A stretch of DNA of 64,000 bases from Selaginella moellendorffii (taxonomy: Eukaryota > Plantae > Lycopodiophyta). This document shows, piece by piece, positions 1-12,965 of the stretch. The stretch's first letter is position 1; every line of letters begins with the position of its first letter. The stretch spans positions 859,798 through 923,797 of the forward strand of contig NW_003314322.1 of NCBI RefSeq assembly GCF_000143415.4, in the 5' to 3' direction. Both the position numbers and the translations under genes were made by a program. The notes below the pieces were generated by a model, which worked only from the letters and a program-made list of their open reading frames with translations, had not been told where the DNA came from and did not search any database.

Positions 1-2900
1 AAACTATGCATAAAGAATAAAGATTAAAATCTTAGGCTAATGATTTTTCATTCTTGTGTTTTTCTAAGAAAGTGTCAACTCATTATTTCTATATAATAAA
101 AATAATTTTTTTATAATGCAAGATATAGGATAATATGGTGTCAATCTTCACTATCTTCTTGTTTAAAACTTAATAATCCATGCACATCTATATTGAACCT
201 TTTTTTTTTTTTTGACAAGAAAAACAAGAGCACTGAAAGAAGATTTATTAGGCTTGATAAACCCATAGAAATAAAGAAAGAAAGAAAAAAGAAAAATATA
301 AAAGAGAAAAGAGAGAGTGAGGTTAAAATCTAAATAAAATGAATCCCAACCTATATAACTTTATACTATAATTACTTTTAGATAGAGCAATTTTAAATTT
401 AAATGAAATAAGAGAAGAGATGATGCATTGCTTAAGGATGTAAGCGGGTGAATGGAAGGTGAGAGGATTGCTCAATCAATGATATAATGTGCAATTTATA
501 AAAGTGTAAAAGATAATGCATAAAATTTTATTCAGAACATGTGTAAAACTTTTATAAATTTATGTAGGACAACCACCTTCATGCCAATACCAATGGCCCC
601 TCTCATGGCTTGGATGAGGCCATCTATAATCTCATAAACCCAATATTTTGGCATATCAGTAAAACATTCTTTAAAGCACTATATTATTATCTTTTTTAAT
701 TGATCTTTAGACAGCACTATAAGAAGTATGCACCCCTTACTTGTGCCATTACTAAATCTAAATGTCTTTACATGCAAGGGGTTAATCCTTGAAGCAAATA
801 TCATTTCCTTCTTAATTTCTTCTAGCTTGAGCTGTTTGTTGGCTTAATTGATGGATTTTTTCTAAGCAACCTCCCAAGCTCTAGACAAAATTTATGAATG
901 GAATGGTTGAATCTCAAGGCCATTATGATGGGAGCTCAAAATATAATTTGAGGATCATGATCTTATGTTTCCTCAAATACAATAGAGACCATCTCTCTTC
1001 AATAAACATCAATATTTCCTTCTCACTGCCTAAGACCAAGAATTAAGTGGCTCTACTCAAATGAATTGAGGAGTGGAAGTAGGAACTTTTTGACAGATCT
1101 TGATATAAATTTACAAAGAGACTGTGCCCAAGATCATAATATGTTTGATAAGAGTTCTTGGGAAGAATATAATAATCTACAAAGCTTCACTTGCTCTATA
1201 AAATTAAAGCTCTAAAGTGGCCTTTTCTTCACATATCCCAAGCTCCCCTAGGTAAAATCTTTTTTAAAGAATGAATTAAATAAATGGCTCTAGCATCATC
1301 AGATAATTACTAATGGATTTTTACCACATGTCTAATTTATTATTTGTAAATTTTACACATGACTTTTTCATGCTTTGTAAATTTTCTGCCATAAATGACC
1401 AACTGAAGAGTCACAAACAGCCATCTATATAATCTTTATAGTAGTATCAAAGAAAAGGTGGTGGATTATCTACACAAAAAATTACCACTTACTGAAAAAG
1501 GTGGAATGGGATTGAAGCCACTCTATTAAAAAGTCTTAAATACCTCTTTACATAAAGCCTAACTAGCCACTAAAAGTCTTAATTTGTCACTAAGTTGAAA
1601 TTGATGTGTTGATCTAATCAAAATTGTAACATGTAAATGATAATGGAAAATGTTGAGGCCAACTATAATGTTATGGAAAAACATGGAGTTATATTTATGG
1701 GAAACATTGTAAAAAATGATTAAAAGCAATAATAGTGATTATAAATGATGAAAAAGAATGCTAAGAAGATAGTATTAAAAGTGATAAAAGGTAAAATTTA
1801 AAACCTTCAACATGATCTAGAAAACTCAAAACTTACTGTTTGTTGAGATAAAGTAGTATGAGGTTGAGAACTATAGTCTAAGAACACTCTTATAGCTATA
1901 TGACCTAAAAAGAGAAACATAAAAATAAGATGAGAAGACTAAAACATAAAAAGAAAAATAAAAATTAATAAAGAAAGAAAAAAATGTTCAATGCAGAATG
2001 GCTTGAGGTGATAATGGTGCATAAAAAAGATTATATCCTACCTGAAAGGGCATTGTTGCAAGGCATGCATAAATCACTAAGAAAAAAGAAATATATGTAT
2101 TAAGTGGTACTGATGTGAATGACCAAGACTTAGTGACTAGAAAAAAAATTCTATTTCATGTAGAGACAACAAAAAAATGGTTGCTCTTCAAAATTGCCAC
2201 TTTATAAAATATTTACTTACATCAACTTAAAATTGACATGAAACATGTCTAATATCTCAATCAATAAATACAAAGTGTGTAAAAAAATATCTTAAAGATT
2301 GCCATAGAGATATAGTGCAAAAATAATTGATAGAAAAATTGTTGTAAGAGAAAACTTATTTATTACACCAAATACTAAGAAACAAAATTCAAAGTTTTTA
2401 ATTTTTTCTATAGCCTCCTCAAAGTTAATATGAAGCTCCTTATTCTCCTTTGTAAAACTGAAAACATAGCTAAATCAACTAACACCTCCAACTACTTCAT
2501 ATCATGTATTTGTAGAATTTAAGGATAACTTCTGACAAATTGATCTTGACTAGATATGACTTGACATGAGAGTCTAAAAATCTTGTCTAGTTAGATTGCA
2601 AAAACAAGACACTATTACAATCTACCACCTTAGTCTCTAGCAATTATGCAAGTGATAGAATCTCTCAGTCTAGTAGAGAATTCAAATGAATATAAAGCTT
2701 TAAAATAAAACTTTTGGAATCATGAAAGTGAAAAGAGATTAATAACTCTAAAATGGTTCTAAAAAAGAGGATTATTGAAAAGGGGACATAAATGAATGGA
2801 ATAGGATATCCAGCTTGGGTATTTCAAAGTATATCTAGGAATATCCCTAAAATCATACTTCAATATGAACCTAGGAAGAAATCGCAAATAAATCCTATAT
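1..2900. other. AT-rich, CpG-depleted decayed/repeat-derived sequence
   Basis: No ORF in the provided track before 3033; very few CG dinucleotides; abrupt change to GC-richer, CpG-containing DNA at about 2.9 kb. No family recognised. Confidence 0.5.
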
Positions 2901-3207
2901 GAGCCTTCTTGAGTTTGGGCTTCTCACGCTGCAGCTTGCGTCTCTGTCGTCCAACACAACTGGCTTCTTCAGAGTTACGTTGGATTTGTCTTAACTCTTA
3001 TCAGGTTTTAATTCTCTCGAGACAGATGTACTGTGGACCTCAGCTTCTCAAAACAACCAAAGCAAGCTAAGTGGCGAGAGTATACACTCTTGATGGAATC
3101 AGTGGCCACAATGCTGGAATTGTCGCCGGCGGCGGAATGCGCAGGGATGGGGAGAAGGATAGAGCATCCGCGCCACACGGGAGCAACACGATCAAAACCC
3201 CTAAAAC

Positions 3208-4486
3208 ATGGGGCATCTCAGTGTGACTGTCTTGGCCCAGCAGCCATCGAAAGTGGCGATGCTGCCCACAAAGTCTGGATTCGTGGCCAGGCGATCGCTG
3301 TTGATGGGCTCTCTCGCAATGCTCCAAGTGGCGAACCCACGACGCGCATTTGGGAGAAACGCGAGAGACAATCGCGATGAGGACCAAGAGTTTGAGATAA
3401 GAACCATGCAGCTGTTTGAGGTAGCCTATCTTCTTTCTTGATCTTCCTTTTGTATTGACAAGGATGTTTCTAGCAATTCCAATGCGTAGAGCACAACGCG
3501 CTCAGTCGTCGCGATCCAAGATTTGGACCTCTCGAGCAATGTCGCAGCAGTGGACATGGACGATGGTGAGATCCAAGGCATTGGCTCCGGATTTGTGTGG
3601 GATCGATTCGGCCACATTGTGACAAATTATCACGTTATCTCGAAGATAGCTAAGGATACGAGCGGCAAGAAACAGATAAAGGTCTCTTTCTTTTTTTCTT
3701 CTTTTGTGGCTACAAAGTCGTGTATGATCGATCACAGGTGGTATTGCTGGCTTTGAATGGAGACGTCGATTCTTACAATGCAGCTATCATCGGTCTCGAT
3801 CCTTCTCGTGATCTCGCAGTTCTCAAGGTACAGGAAAATCTTTTCCACTGGTTGTTTACAGTCTTCTTCTCTTGGGTGTTTCAGATTGAAGTTCCAGAAT
3901 CCAGTGTGTTGCGTCCAGCAGTGATAGGAAGCTCCAAAGATCTTAGAGTCGGCCAAAATTGCTACGCGATAGGAAATCCTTACGGATACGAGCACACCCT
4001 CACTACTGGAGTACGCAAAACCTTCTCTTTTCTTGCTTCACGTAGCTTTGTTCTTCGCAGGTAGTCAGTGGATTGTGCAGACAAATTCCTTCACCCTCTG
4101 GCAAACCGATCTTCGGTGCCATACAAACTGATGCATCGATAAATGCGGGTATAATACATCGAGTGATTAGCTTTGGAAGAACTAGAACTAAAAAGACGAT
4201 CTTGCAGGGAACTCTGGAGGACCATTGCTCGATTCATTCGGACGAGTCATCGGTATCAACACCGCAACCTTCACCCGGCGAGGTAGGCATAGTTTTCTTT
4301 CTCATTCTCACACAAACATTCTCTCAAATTCCAGGCTCGGGAACGTCCTCCGGTGTGAATTTCGCAGTGGCGATCGATCTGGTGAGGCAAGTCGTGCCCC
4401 ATTTGATCGTGGAAGGCGCGGTGAGCTCTAGCAGATCAGTGGAGCGAGGTGTTCTTGGGCCTCCCAGATACCTCTCGCTTCCATGA
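3208..4486 (+). CDS. DEG5: Deg/HtrA serine protease, DEG5-like (thylakoid lumen, no PDZ), multi-exon
   Basis: Spliced exons give [45 protein letters not shown] and [20 protein letters not shown]-terminal twin-Arg motif RRSLL plus a hydrophobic stretch. The protein ends shortly after the protease domain with no PDZ, as in DEG5. Confidence 0.85.
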
Positions 4487-4512
4487 AAAAAATCCAAGTT
4501 CCTATAGACGCA

Positions 4513-4533
4513 AAACCCTAAGAACTAGGGTTT
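4513..4533. promoter_or_regulatory. Inverted pair of telo-boxes (AAACCCTA-agaac-TAGGGTTT)
   Basis: Perfect 8-bp inverted repeat of the telo-box core, 20 nt upstream of the ATG at 4553. Telo-boxes are typical of plant translation-machinery promoters. Confidence 0.6.
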
Positions 4534-4552
4534 AGGGCTTTTGGGGTTCTCG

Positions 4553-5530
4553 ATGATGAGGCGCGCGTGGAGGAATCGCTGCCCCGCCCGGCGCTGCTAC
4601 GAGAATGGAGGTATTCCTTCCAGGTCCTTGCACGGCGCGGCGAGGCGCGGCCCCTACGATGATGGCGGCGGCGCCGACGCGGCCCCGGCGCCATCGGCCA
4701 AGGTGCTCAAGATCGTCGAGGACATCGCCAATCTCACGCTGCTCGAGGCGGCCGACATGTCGCTGCTGCTCAAGAAGAGGCTGCGCATCCAAAACGTGCC
4801 CGTCATGTCCATGGGGATGAATGTGATGCACGATATGTGGTATGATCCTTTGCCGCTCCCCGCCGCCGGTCCTCCGCCGCCTCCTCTTCCGCGGCGTTCC
4901 CTCGGCGGCAGCCAGAGGGTTCTTCCGGAAGAGATCCATCTCCAGCACGGGCTCTTGCGCAGTCCAAGTGGTGCCGCCGCCACCGCCGCGAGCTCCTCCT
5001 CTTCGCGGTCGGTCCATGCAGCGATCAGCGAGAGTGACAAGTATCTCTATCAACTCCCCTCGGCGTCGTCGGACACGGACTCCTACGACAACGAGCTGGA
5101 CGATCGCGACCACGATCGCGACGTCGATCGCGACGACGACGACAAGTTTGGCACCGGCGTGGAAGAAGAGGATCGTTGGGACGATGACGAGGTGACAATG
5201 CCTCGAGCGAAGAGTTTGAGCAAGGCGCAAGGTGATGGAGCACAGACTGTTGCTGCAGCAAAGAAGGCCGCGACGCCGACGAAGAAGAAGGCTCCAGTGG
5301 CGAAAGCCACAGCAAGCAATGGAGCTCCCGATGGATCGCCCGCTCCCGCGGCCGCCATCAAGAAGAGAGGTGGCCGGAGACCAAAGGCCAACGAGGGAGC
5401 TGTGCCGTCTTTCACAGCGCCAGCGCCGGACCCCCCGCCGCCTGCGAAGAAACCAGCGGCGGCGACGAAAGCAAAGGCGAGAGCTTCGACCACCAAACCG
5501 GCTGCTGCCGCTGCAAAGGCTGCTGCGTGA
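4553..5530 (+). CDS. Intronless protein with ribosomal L7/L12 N-terminal-like domain, acidic tract and Lys/Ala/Pro-rich tail
   Basis: Arg-rich presequence-like N-terminus; SAKVLKIVEDIANLTLLEAADMSLLLKKRL resembles the organellar bL12 N-domain; D-rich run; C-terminal KKAATPTKKKAPVAKA...AKKPAAATKAKA. No L12 C-terminal domain. Confidence 0.6.
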   Translation: MMRRAWRNRCPARRCYENGGIPSRSLHGAARRGPYDDGGGADAAPAPSAKVLKIVEDIANLTLLEAADMSLLLKKRLRIQNVPVMSMGMNVMHDMWYDPLPLPAAGPPPPPLPRRSLGGSQRVLPEEIHLQHGLLRSPSGAAATAASSSSSRSVHAAISESDKYLYQLPSASSDTDSYDNELDDRDHDRDVDRDDDDKFGTGVEEEDRWDDDEVTMPRAKSLSKAQGDGAQTVAAAKKAATPTKKKAPVAKATASNGAPDGSPAPAAAIKKRGGRRPKANEGAVPSFTAPAPDPPPPAKKPAAATKAKARASTTKPAAAAAKAAA

Positions 5531-6787
5531 GATCGATCGATCGATCGAGCAGGACGAGGGGAATCAAAGAGCTGATGAAACAACAAACTCTGAAAAGGAA
5601 CTTCCGACACACAGGTTCCAAAATCGTATCGTCGTTTATCTTCGTTTTTTCGCTTTGCTTTGGTCCACTTTCAGGGAATGAAGAGGCACAAAGTCTCTTC
5701 ACCTTTTTGCTTTCTTGGAAGGTCCTCTAAAGTTTGACAACAGGGATCCTTCCTTCAAGCTTGCCAAAAGAAAATGCGAGAGTACTTTTGCAAAAGATAA
5801 CTCTCATGCAAGTTTATAATCTAGTGTCAACTTTTGGCAATTGCCCTTTCCCGGCATGTGGCGCTACAAGAGAATTCCGCTCTATTCCAACTCACGCCTG
5901 TAAGGCCACAGCCTTATAAAACTATTCCCGATGAAGAATGGAAAGATAATCGCTTTGGTTCTCCATGATCATCGCAACATGCCTGACCAAAATTATACCT
6001 TGCGTGGAGTGTAGCGCATTCCATCCCACCAAAGTAATCAATCATGGGATACCACAAGATTTCTAAATGCTATAGTTTCACTATCAATCTAAACATCACA
6101 TGGTTTGCTTGCTTCACGCTACATCCCAGCCGTCGATTCCAGAAGCCCACCAAACGCTTTTAACACCTTGTCGTCGTTACCCTTTTTGTACGCACTCATT
6201 AACATGGACGTTAGGCGCATATGCCGCGATATATTCTCCGCCGCAATATCCCATTGACGGCGCTGGGCATATTCCGTGTGTGTGGTTTAGTGCTCGTGAG
6301 AGGGGGAGGACCACCCTGCCCGCGAGCGCCCGCGGGGACCGAGACGATGATGAGCGCTGCGCCGCCAGGTATGATCTCTGCTCAATCTGGCGCTGGCTCC
6401 AGCTCCACTAGCCGCGCTGGAGCGATTTCCAGCAATGCCTAGGTCTCCCAGCGTCGATTCTTGCTGCTCTTGGGATATTTCATCGCGTTGTGCTCGGCCA
6501 ATGCGCCGGAGCTGCGCAAATTGCCCCGGAGCTCGGGATTTTTCTCTGCTGTGTGGCTGGATCTTTGGGAGGCTTGTGTGGAATCGTGTGAGCATTGCAA
6601 TGCCTTGCGTGTGAACGAGAGATTTCTTGCAAGCCAGTTGTAGGTAGTTTTTACATCGTTTTTTCTTCCTCTGCTGGATCTTGACCTTCGTTATTTTTTT
6701 GCCATTGCATAGAGAGAAGAACTGGCAACTGGCACAAAGTGGTGATCCCAATGCGCTGCGCTTAACACGAGGAGGACGAAGAATAAG

Positions 6788-8745
6788 ATGGAAAGAAATC
6801 GCTGCGCACTTCTAATCGTCCTGGCAGTTCTGGCAATGCCCGGTGGTGGTAACGCGGACGATAAAGACGTGCTCATGGCATTCAAGGCTTCGGCAGATGT
6901 GTCGAACAGGCTAACGAGCTGGGGGAACGGAGATCCTTGCAGCGGCAATTGGACTGGTGTAAAGTGCGTGCAAGGACGGATTCGCTATCTCATCCTCGAA
7001 GGCTTGGAGCTGGCCGGATCAATGCAAGCGCTCACCGCACTCCAGGACCTCCGCATTGTCAGCCTCAAGGGGAACTCTCTCAACGGCACTCTTCCGGATC
7101 TCACGAACTGGAGATACTTGTGGAGCTTGTATCTTCACCACAACAACTTTAGCGGCGAGCTTCCACCCAGCCTGTCCAACCTCGTACATCTTTGGCGGCT
7201 CAATCTCTCCTTCAACGGCTTCTCCGGACAGATACCGCCATGGATCAACTCCTCGCGGCGGTTGCTCACTTTGAGGCTCGAGAACAACCAGTTCTCGGGG
7301 GCTATTCCGGATCTCCGGCTCGTCAACCTCACGGAGTTTAACGTTGCCAACAATCGGCTGAGTGGAGAGATCCCACCGTCGCTCAGGAACTTCTCAGGCA
7401 CTGCGTTTCTGGGGAATCCATTCTTATGTGGTGGCCCTCTGGCGGCATGCACGGTGATACCCGCGACACCGGCACCTTCTCCGGCAGTGGAGAATATAAT
7501 CCCGGCCACACCGACGTCCAGACCAAACGAGGGAAGAAGAACGAGGAGCCGACTTGGGACAGGGGCCATCATCGCCATTGTCGTTGGTGATGCGGCGGTT
7601 CTCGCCTTGATCGCTCTGGTTTTCCTGTTTTTCTACTGGAAACGCTATCAACACATGGCGGTGCCTTCTCCAAAGACCATCGACGAGAAAACGGATTTTC
7701 CAGCGTCACAATACTCGGCTCAGGTGCCGGAAGCGGAGAGAAGCAAGCTGGTATTTGTCGACTCCAAAGCCGTGGGCTTCGACCTGGAAGATCTCCTGCG
7801 AGCTTCTGCCGAGATGCTGGGAAAAGGAAGCTTTGGAACGGCATACAAGGCTGTGCTCGAGGACGGAACAATAGTTGCGGTGAAGCGGCTCAAGGACATT
7901 ACAATATCTGGAAGGAAAGAGTTTGAGCAACATATGGAGTTGATCGCAAAGTTTCGACACCCCAACGTGGTTAAGCTCATCGCATACTATTACGCCAAGG
8001 AAGAAAAGCTCCTGGTGTACGACTTCATGCCCAACGGGAACCTGTACACGCTTCTTCACGGTATGTTTGTCATTGTTTACAAATTCCTAGCTCATCGACT
8101 GCTCTTGCAGGTAACAGAGGTCCCGGAAGGAAACCCCTGGACTGGACAACGCGCGTTAAGATCGCTCTGGGTGCGGCTAAGGGCCTGGCCTTCATACACC
8201 GTCAGCCAGGCGCTCAAAAAATACCGCACGGAAACATCAAGTCTTCGAACGTGCTTCTCGACAAAGATGGCAACGCTTGCATTGCAGACTTCGGCCTAGC
8301 GCTGCTCATGAACACGGCAGCGGCTTCTCGTCTAGTAGGCTACAGAGCTCCCGAGCACGCAGAGTCAAAGAAGATATCTTTCAAGGGGGACGTCTACAGC
8401 TTCGGGGTCTTGCTCTTGGAGCTCCTAACTGGGAAGGCGCCGGCACAGTCACATACTACGCAGGGGGAGAACATCGATCTTCCACGCTGGGTACAGTCCG
8501 TGGTTCGGGAGGAGTGGACTGCCGAAGTCTTCGACATCGAGCTCATGAAATACAAGAACATCGAAGAGGAGATGGTGGCCATGCTACAGGTTGGGATGGT
8601 TTGCGTCTCGCAGTCGCCGGACGATCGGCCAAAGATGAGCCAGGTTGTGAAGATGATCGAGGATATAAGAGCCGATCAATCTCCAGTGGCCGGGGACTCG
8701 ACTTCGCAGTCACGCTCTGGATCTCCCTCGGACGCAAGCCATTGA
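6788..8745 (+). CDS. LRR receptor-like kinase, LRR-III type (atypical kinase)
   Basis: Signal peptide, LRRNT (LxSWxxxDPCxxxWxGVxC), about 5 LRRs, [11 protein letters not shown] helix, [33 protein letters not shown] (no catalytic HRD Asp), [16 protein letters not shown]. One intron, 8061-8110. Confidence 0.93.
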
Positions 8746-11361
8746 CTGGATGAAACATTTATTTCTACTATACTGGTACGTTTTTCTCATTGTTTTTCTA
8801 CTTTGGAAGTCCTGATCTCTTCTCTTCGCTGGCGCAGGGTTCTCTGCGACTTATTCATTCGTGGAAGCTCTGCTAAGTGCATTACATCTATTCACAGGAA
8901 AGTCTCAATAACAGATTGGGCTCTCATTATTTCTCCAGCTTATATTGACAGAGCTTCGCTATAAACTTCCAAGTAAACGAATCCAAATGGATTTTTTGTT
9001 TCTGATTTGGTTGCTATTACTCTCGAGTTTCTACAGCGTAGATCACTGTCTCTTAAAAACGCAGGCGCGAGTCCTTTCCACCCAGGCAAGGAAGAATTTA
9101 TTTTTTCCTCGCAGAAAAAGAGATAGCCTAGCTAACCAGCCGAGTCGAGCCAAGCCGACTTTTCCTTTTTCTGTGCCAGCAGCTAGCTGATGTGCTCAAA
9201 ACAACAACACCCAAGAAAAAAGCAAAAAAAACGAAATGGAGATGATTTCGACACGAAGTTCCTTGCTTGGCTTTCACTTGGACTGACTGGACTAGTGAGT
9301 CAACGCCGGGGCTGACTAAGGCCGTGAACTGACTAAGTTGACTAGAATTGACTGATCTGACTTTTATACGAGTCGAGCTATCTTTAGACTTTACAGCAAC
9401 GCAGAATTGAATCCCCGCCACCTTTGGACAACGAAACAATATTCAGATTCTAAGTTTCTTGTCATTTATTTATATTTACACTAATTCCAAGGCCTGATAA
9501 TATTGCAGGCATTTTCTTGGTTTGGCAAAGTCATCAGAAGTAGCAAAACTAGCTCACGAATTGGTCAGAGCAGCACGAACCAAAGATCGATCAATTTGAC
9601 TACATTTTCCCAGCCAAAGGACCACCACCATGAAAATGAAAATTGAAAAGCCAAGATTCTTTTTTGTCTCCTTTTTTATAAATATATATTTTGACAAGAC
9701 AGACTGATTGCTTGGATTCCTCTCGGAACAAGAAACTACAACTTTGACGGCACGACCGGTCAACGTGCAGTGGAACCGGATGGTTGACTGGCTTAACACT
9801 GGTCAACGCTGCCGGCTGGTCCAGGGCCGACTCCTTCTGGCTCCACTGTTACAAATCTGCCACGTTTCTGTACTTCGTAAAGTCCCATTCTCTCTTTTGC
9901 AGCTGGATGCCAATATTTGGTTTTTCATTAGACTAAAGAAATGGTTCTGGATTTTCACTCCAATCTTCCTGCACATGAAGATTCAGCGAGTTTTTGGAGA
10001 TGTTTCCAATGTTGGATAACGTACAACATATATGTATACATAGTTGTTATATACTTTTGTGCGGATCCAACAGAAGCTGGCCCATTGAGAACTTTGAGAG
10101 TCTATAAATTCGCGGGACCACGATCACTCACGTTCACGTTCCCATTTATAATGTCCCTTTGTGATCAGTGATAAGTGAGCAGCGACGATCGAGCGAGGAA
10201 GGACCCGATTCAAGTACTATGACAGGAACACCCAAACCCGAAGGTGATCACTGACACACTGCGCAATTGAATTCGAGCTTCGTACCGCACAGCGAAAACG
10301 ATTGAATATAGTGGAGTCTCAGATGTGTTTGTGGCTGGAGAGGCAAACCAAAGTTTCTTGCTCCTTTTTTACAGCTGATTTGATTTGTGTGGACTCCTGG
10401 AGAAACATGCCAGGTGAAAGTGTTTGTTTAGGACACGGGGTTCGACACCACACGTGAGATCGCAGGACAACTAATACCTGAGGAGCGATCAAGAGGTTTA
10501 TAGCTAACTTGAGTCACCTTTCCTTCAATTCAATGCTCGTGGAAACTCTCCCATCTCGTCTATAAGATCTGGGGACCAACGTTTTTCTTTATTCTCAAAC
10601 TTAATCTGTGCTTTGGCGCATGAAATCTAGCAAAGCATTTGATTAAGTTGTGAGCCGGGAGACGAGGCGTCGCTCTAGGCGAGAATCAAGCGATCATTAA
10701 CTTTGTAACCAGCTAGGATGAAACAAACCAGAGCGATCATCTCATGCATTGGGAACAGCGTGTATGCTGCTGGCTGGCCACAGCCTTGCGCATAAAAACT
10801 AGAGCAACTTTTCTTTTGGTTTCTCTCAGTCGATCCGAAATGTTAGTGCTTTTGTAAGAGCTTGAGTCAACATGACAAGCTTTTGTATAGCCAAAAACAC
10901 GAACTTCCACACCACACGTGCACTAAATAGCGAGATACCTGGACAGAATCCTCAGAAGTTTGTGTCCTAGTTTACAGGTGAATGGGTACCAAAATCAAGA
11001 TGCCCAAAACCAAAACGTATAATGCATGGAACTTGATTTCAAGTGACCGACCACAACCAATCCATCCATCAGCATCATCAGCCCGCACGCTCGCAAGGTT
11101 TACAAAACCATTCCATAGCTTTCGGCCAAATGGCTAAAATCTTGTTAAGTTCCGCGGGCGGGGGTAATTCAAACCGCAGTGTTGTCTGTGAAGTGGACAA
11201 GGTATGGATAGATTGGATGAACACCGTGCATATATAAAAGATCTTTTATATAGCAATGCAAAAACCCTCTTGATTGCATCTTGGATCCAAATTACGAGAC
11301 AAGCGTTGTTTTTATGATCCATGATCCACGTTCACGTGCACTGATCATCACTGCCAAGCGA

Positions 11362-11411
11362 AAACCTTAAACCCTAAGTTAAACCCAAAACCCAAACCTG
11401 AACCCCTAAAC
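11362..11411. repeat. Short degenerate telomere-like (CCCTAAA) tract
   Basis: aaaccttaaaccctaagttaaacccaaaacccaaacctgaacccctaaa. Confidence 0.45.
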
Positions 11412-12904
11412 TTTTGATGTTGATTTGCGAGAAAATGTTGGTAGCATAACTTTTGCTCACAAGAATGTCGTACGCTGGCCGGTTTGCTCTACACAAAATC
11501 CTGCCCATAAACATCAAGGCTGTTGGTCGCCTAACACTCATTTAATGCCCCAAAGTCCCGGACTAAACCATCCCAATGTCAATGAGAGGATTGACAATGT
11601 TTGGGATCTCACCACTCGCGCCGGGCTTCCAGCCCTTCCAACCAGGCCGCAGACTCGCCGGTGAAAACTCTTCCAGTGGAGAGAGAGACAGCGATTTTTG
11701 CTTGCATTAGCATTGCATGATAGAGATCGAGGCCCGGGCTTGAGTTTCAATGCTGTCGATGGACAGCGATTGCACACGAGTTGCAAGCTGGGCGAGAAAA
11801 ATCGCCCCATTTGGTCTTGCATGGCATCTTGTTTAGAGGCTTAGTGGGCGTTTAGGTGGCTAATTTGTTTTGTCAAATAAAGAAATACACTTTGGTTTTT
11901 ATATGATTTTAAATTCTTTTGAAATATGTTCATGTGACCCACACTAAAATTTCAATAATCTTGATCTTGTGCGCTTGTAGGAATAAAAAATTTCCGTTAG
12001 CAACAAAAACACGGTGCTGACTTTTGGTTAGATCTATCAGGGCGGACCAGCATTAATTTCCAGATAAACGGAAATAGGAAATATATATATAATTTATTAA
12101 TATAAAAAAGAAAGAGGCCACCAAACTCCCACTGTTAGTTTTTCTTTTTTGCTTACAACAAAGAGACAGAAGCCGGAATTGCCCACCACTTCATTCATTC
12201 ATTCATCCATTTCATCCCATTCATTCTCTCCTCTTCGAGGCTCACACACAAACTCTTACATGAACATAAAGTCACCTAATACTTTGCATGCCAATGCCAG
12301 GGCAAGCCACATCGCCAGTCGCTATTGCAAGACGAATATCCACACGCGATGCCTTCCAAATCATAGAAGAACACGGATCAAAGCCAGTGTTAAGAACAAA
12401 GCGCGAGATTATATTGAAAAGTTGGCCGTGCTGACAATCCCGTGTCGACCGGGGCTTGTTGGAGGGGCACACGACACACAAACTTTAATAAACTTGAAGC
12501 TCACAAACACGCACACACAAGGCCAGTCTTTGAGTCTCCTTCGCTGCAGTGCGCGGGGGTCAAAGTTCTGTAAGAGCGAGCGATCAAGATCAAGCTGGGG
12601 GATTTCCATTCTTATCGCCCTTCTCGCTCGTCTTGTTCCCTCTCGCTTGCTCGAAGCACCCGCGACAAGAGAGCCAGAGCTTCTTCGAGTGGGGCTCTCG
12701 CGTTATTCTTCCTGCCTGACACGAGAATGTGCTTGCCCGCTTAGCAAGACCTGTGTAGCTCTCCGAAAGCGTGGAAAGAGTTTCTAGAATCTCACCGAGA
12801 CCGACTGTTGACCGGCAGATTTCTTCCCATTCTTTTTTCTCTCCCGACCGTAGAGTTTGGCTCCTCTCCTAGAGCCGGGTCCTCCCACGGAGTACTCATC
12901 AGCC

Positions 12905-12965
12905 TATAAAATAAAAGAGAGAGAGGGAGAGGGACTGTGTTAGAAGAAGAAGAAGAAGAAGAAGC
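12905..12965 (+). promoter_or_regulatory. Candidate TATA box and GA/GAA-repeat leader of the WRKY gene
   Basis: TATAAAAT at 12905 followed by GA repeats and a (GAA)n run, about 1 kb upstream of the WRKY ATG. Confidence 0.35.

Noticed and set aside
4532-5610. Long antisense ORFs over GC-rich genes (also at 26501-27352, 33294-34025, 36158-36775)
   Set aside because: Shadow ORFs expected from high GC3; the opposite strand carries the more plausible protein.
10430-10460. tRNA-like GGTTCGACACC
   Set aside because: No pairing T-stem, acceptor stem or D-arm.
12149-12787. 212-aa ORF upstream of the WRKY
   Set aside because: Non-ATG start, no recognisable domain, low-complexity promoter-like composition.
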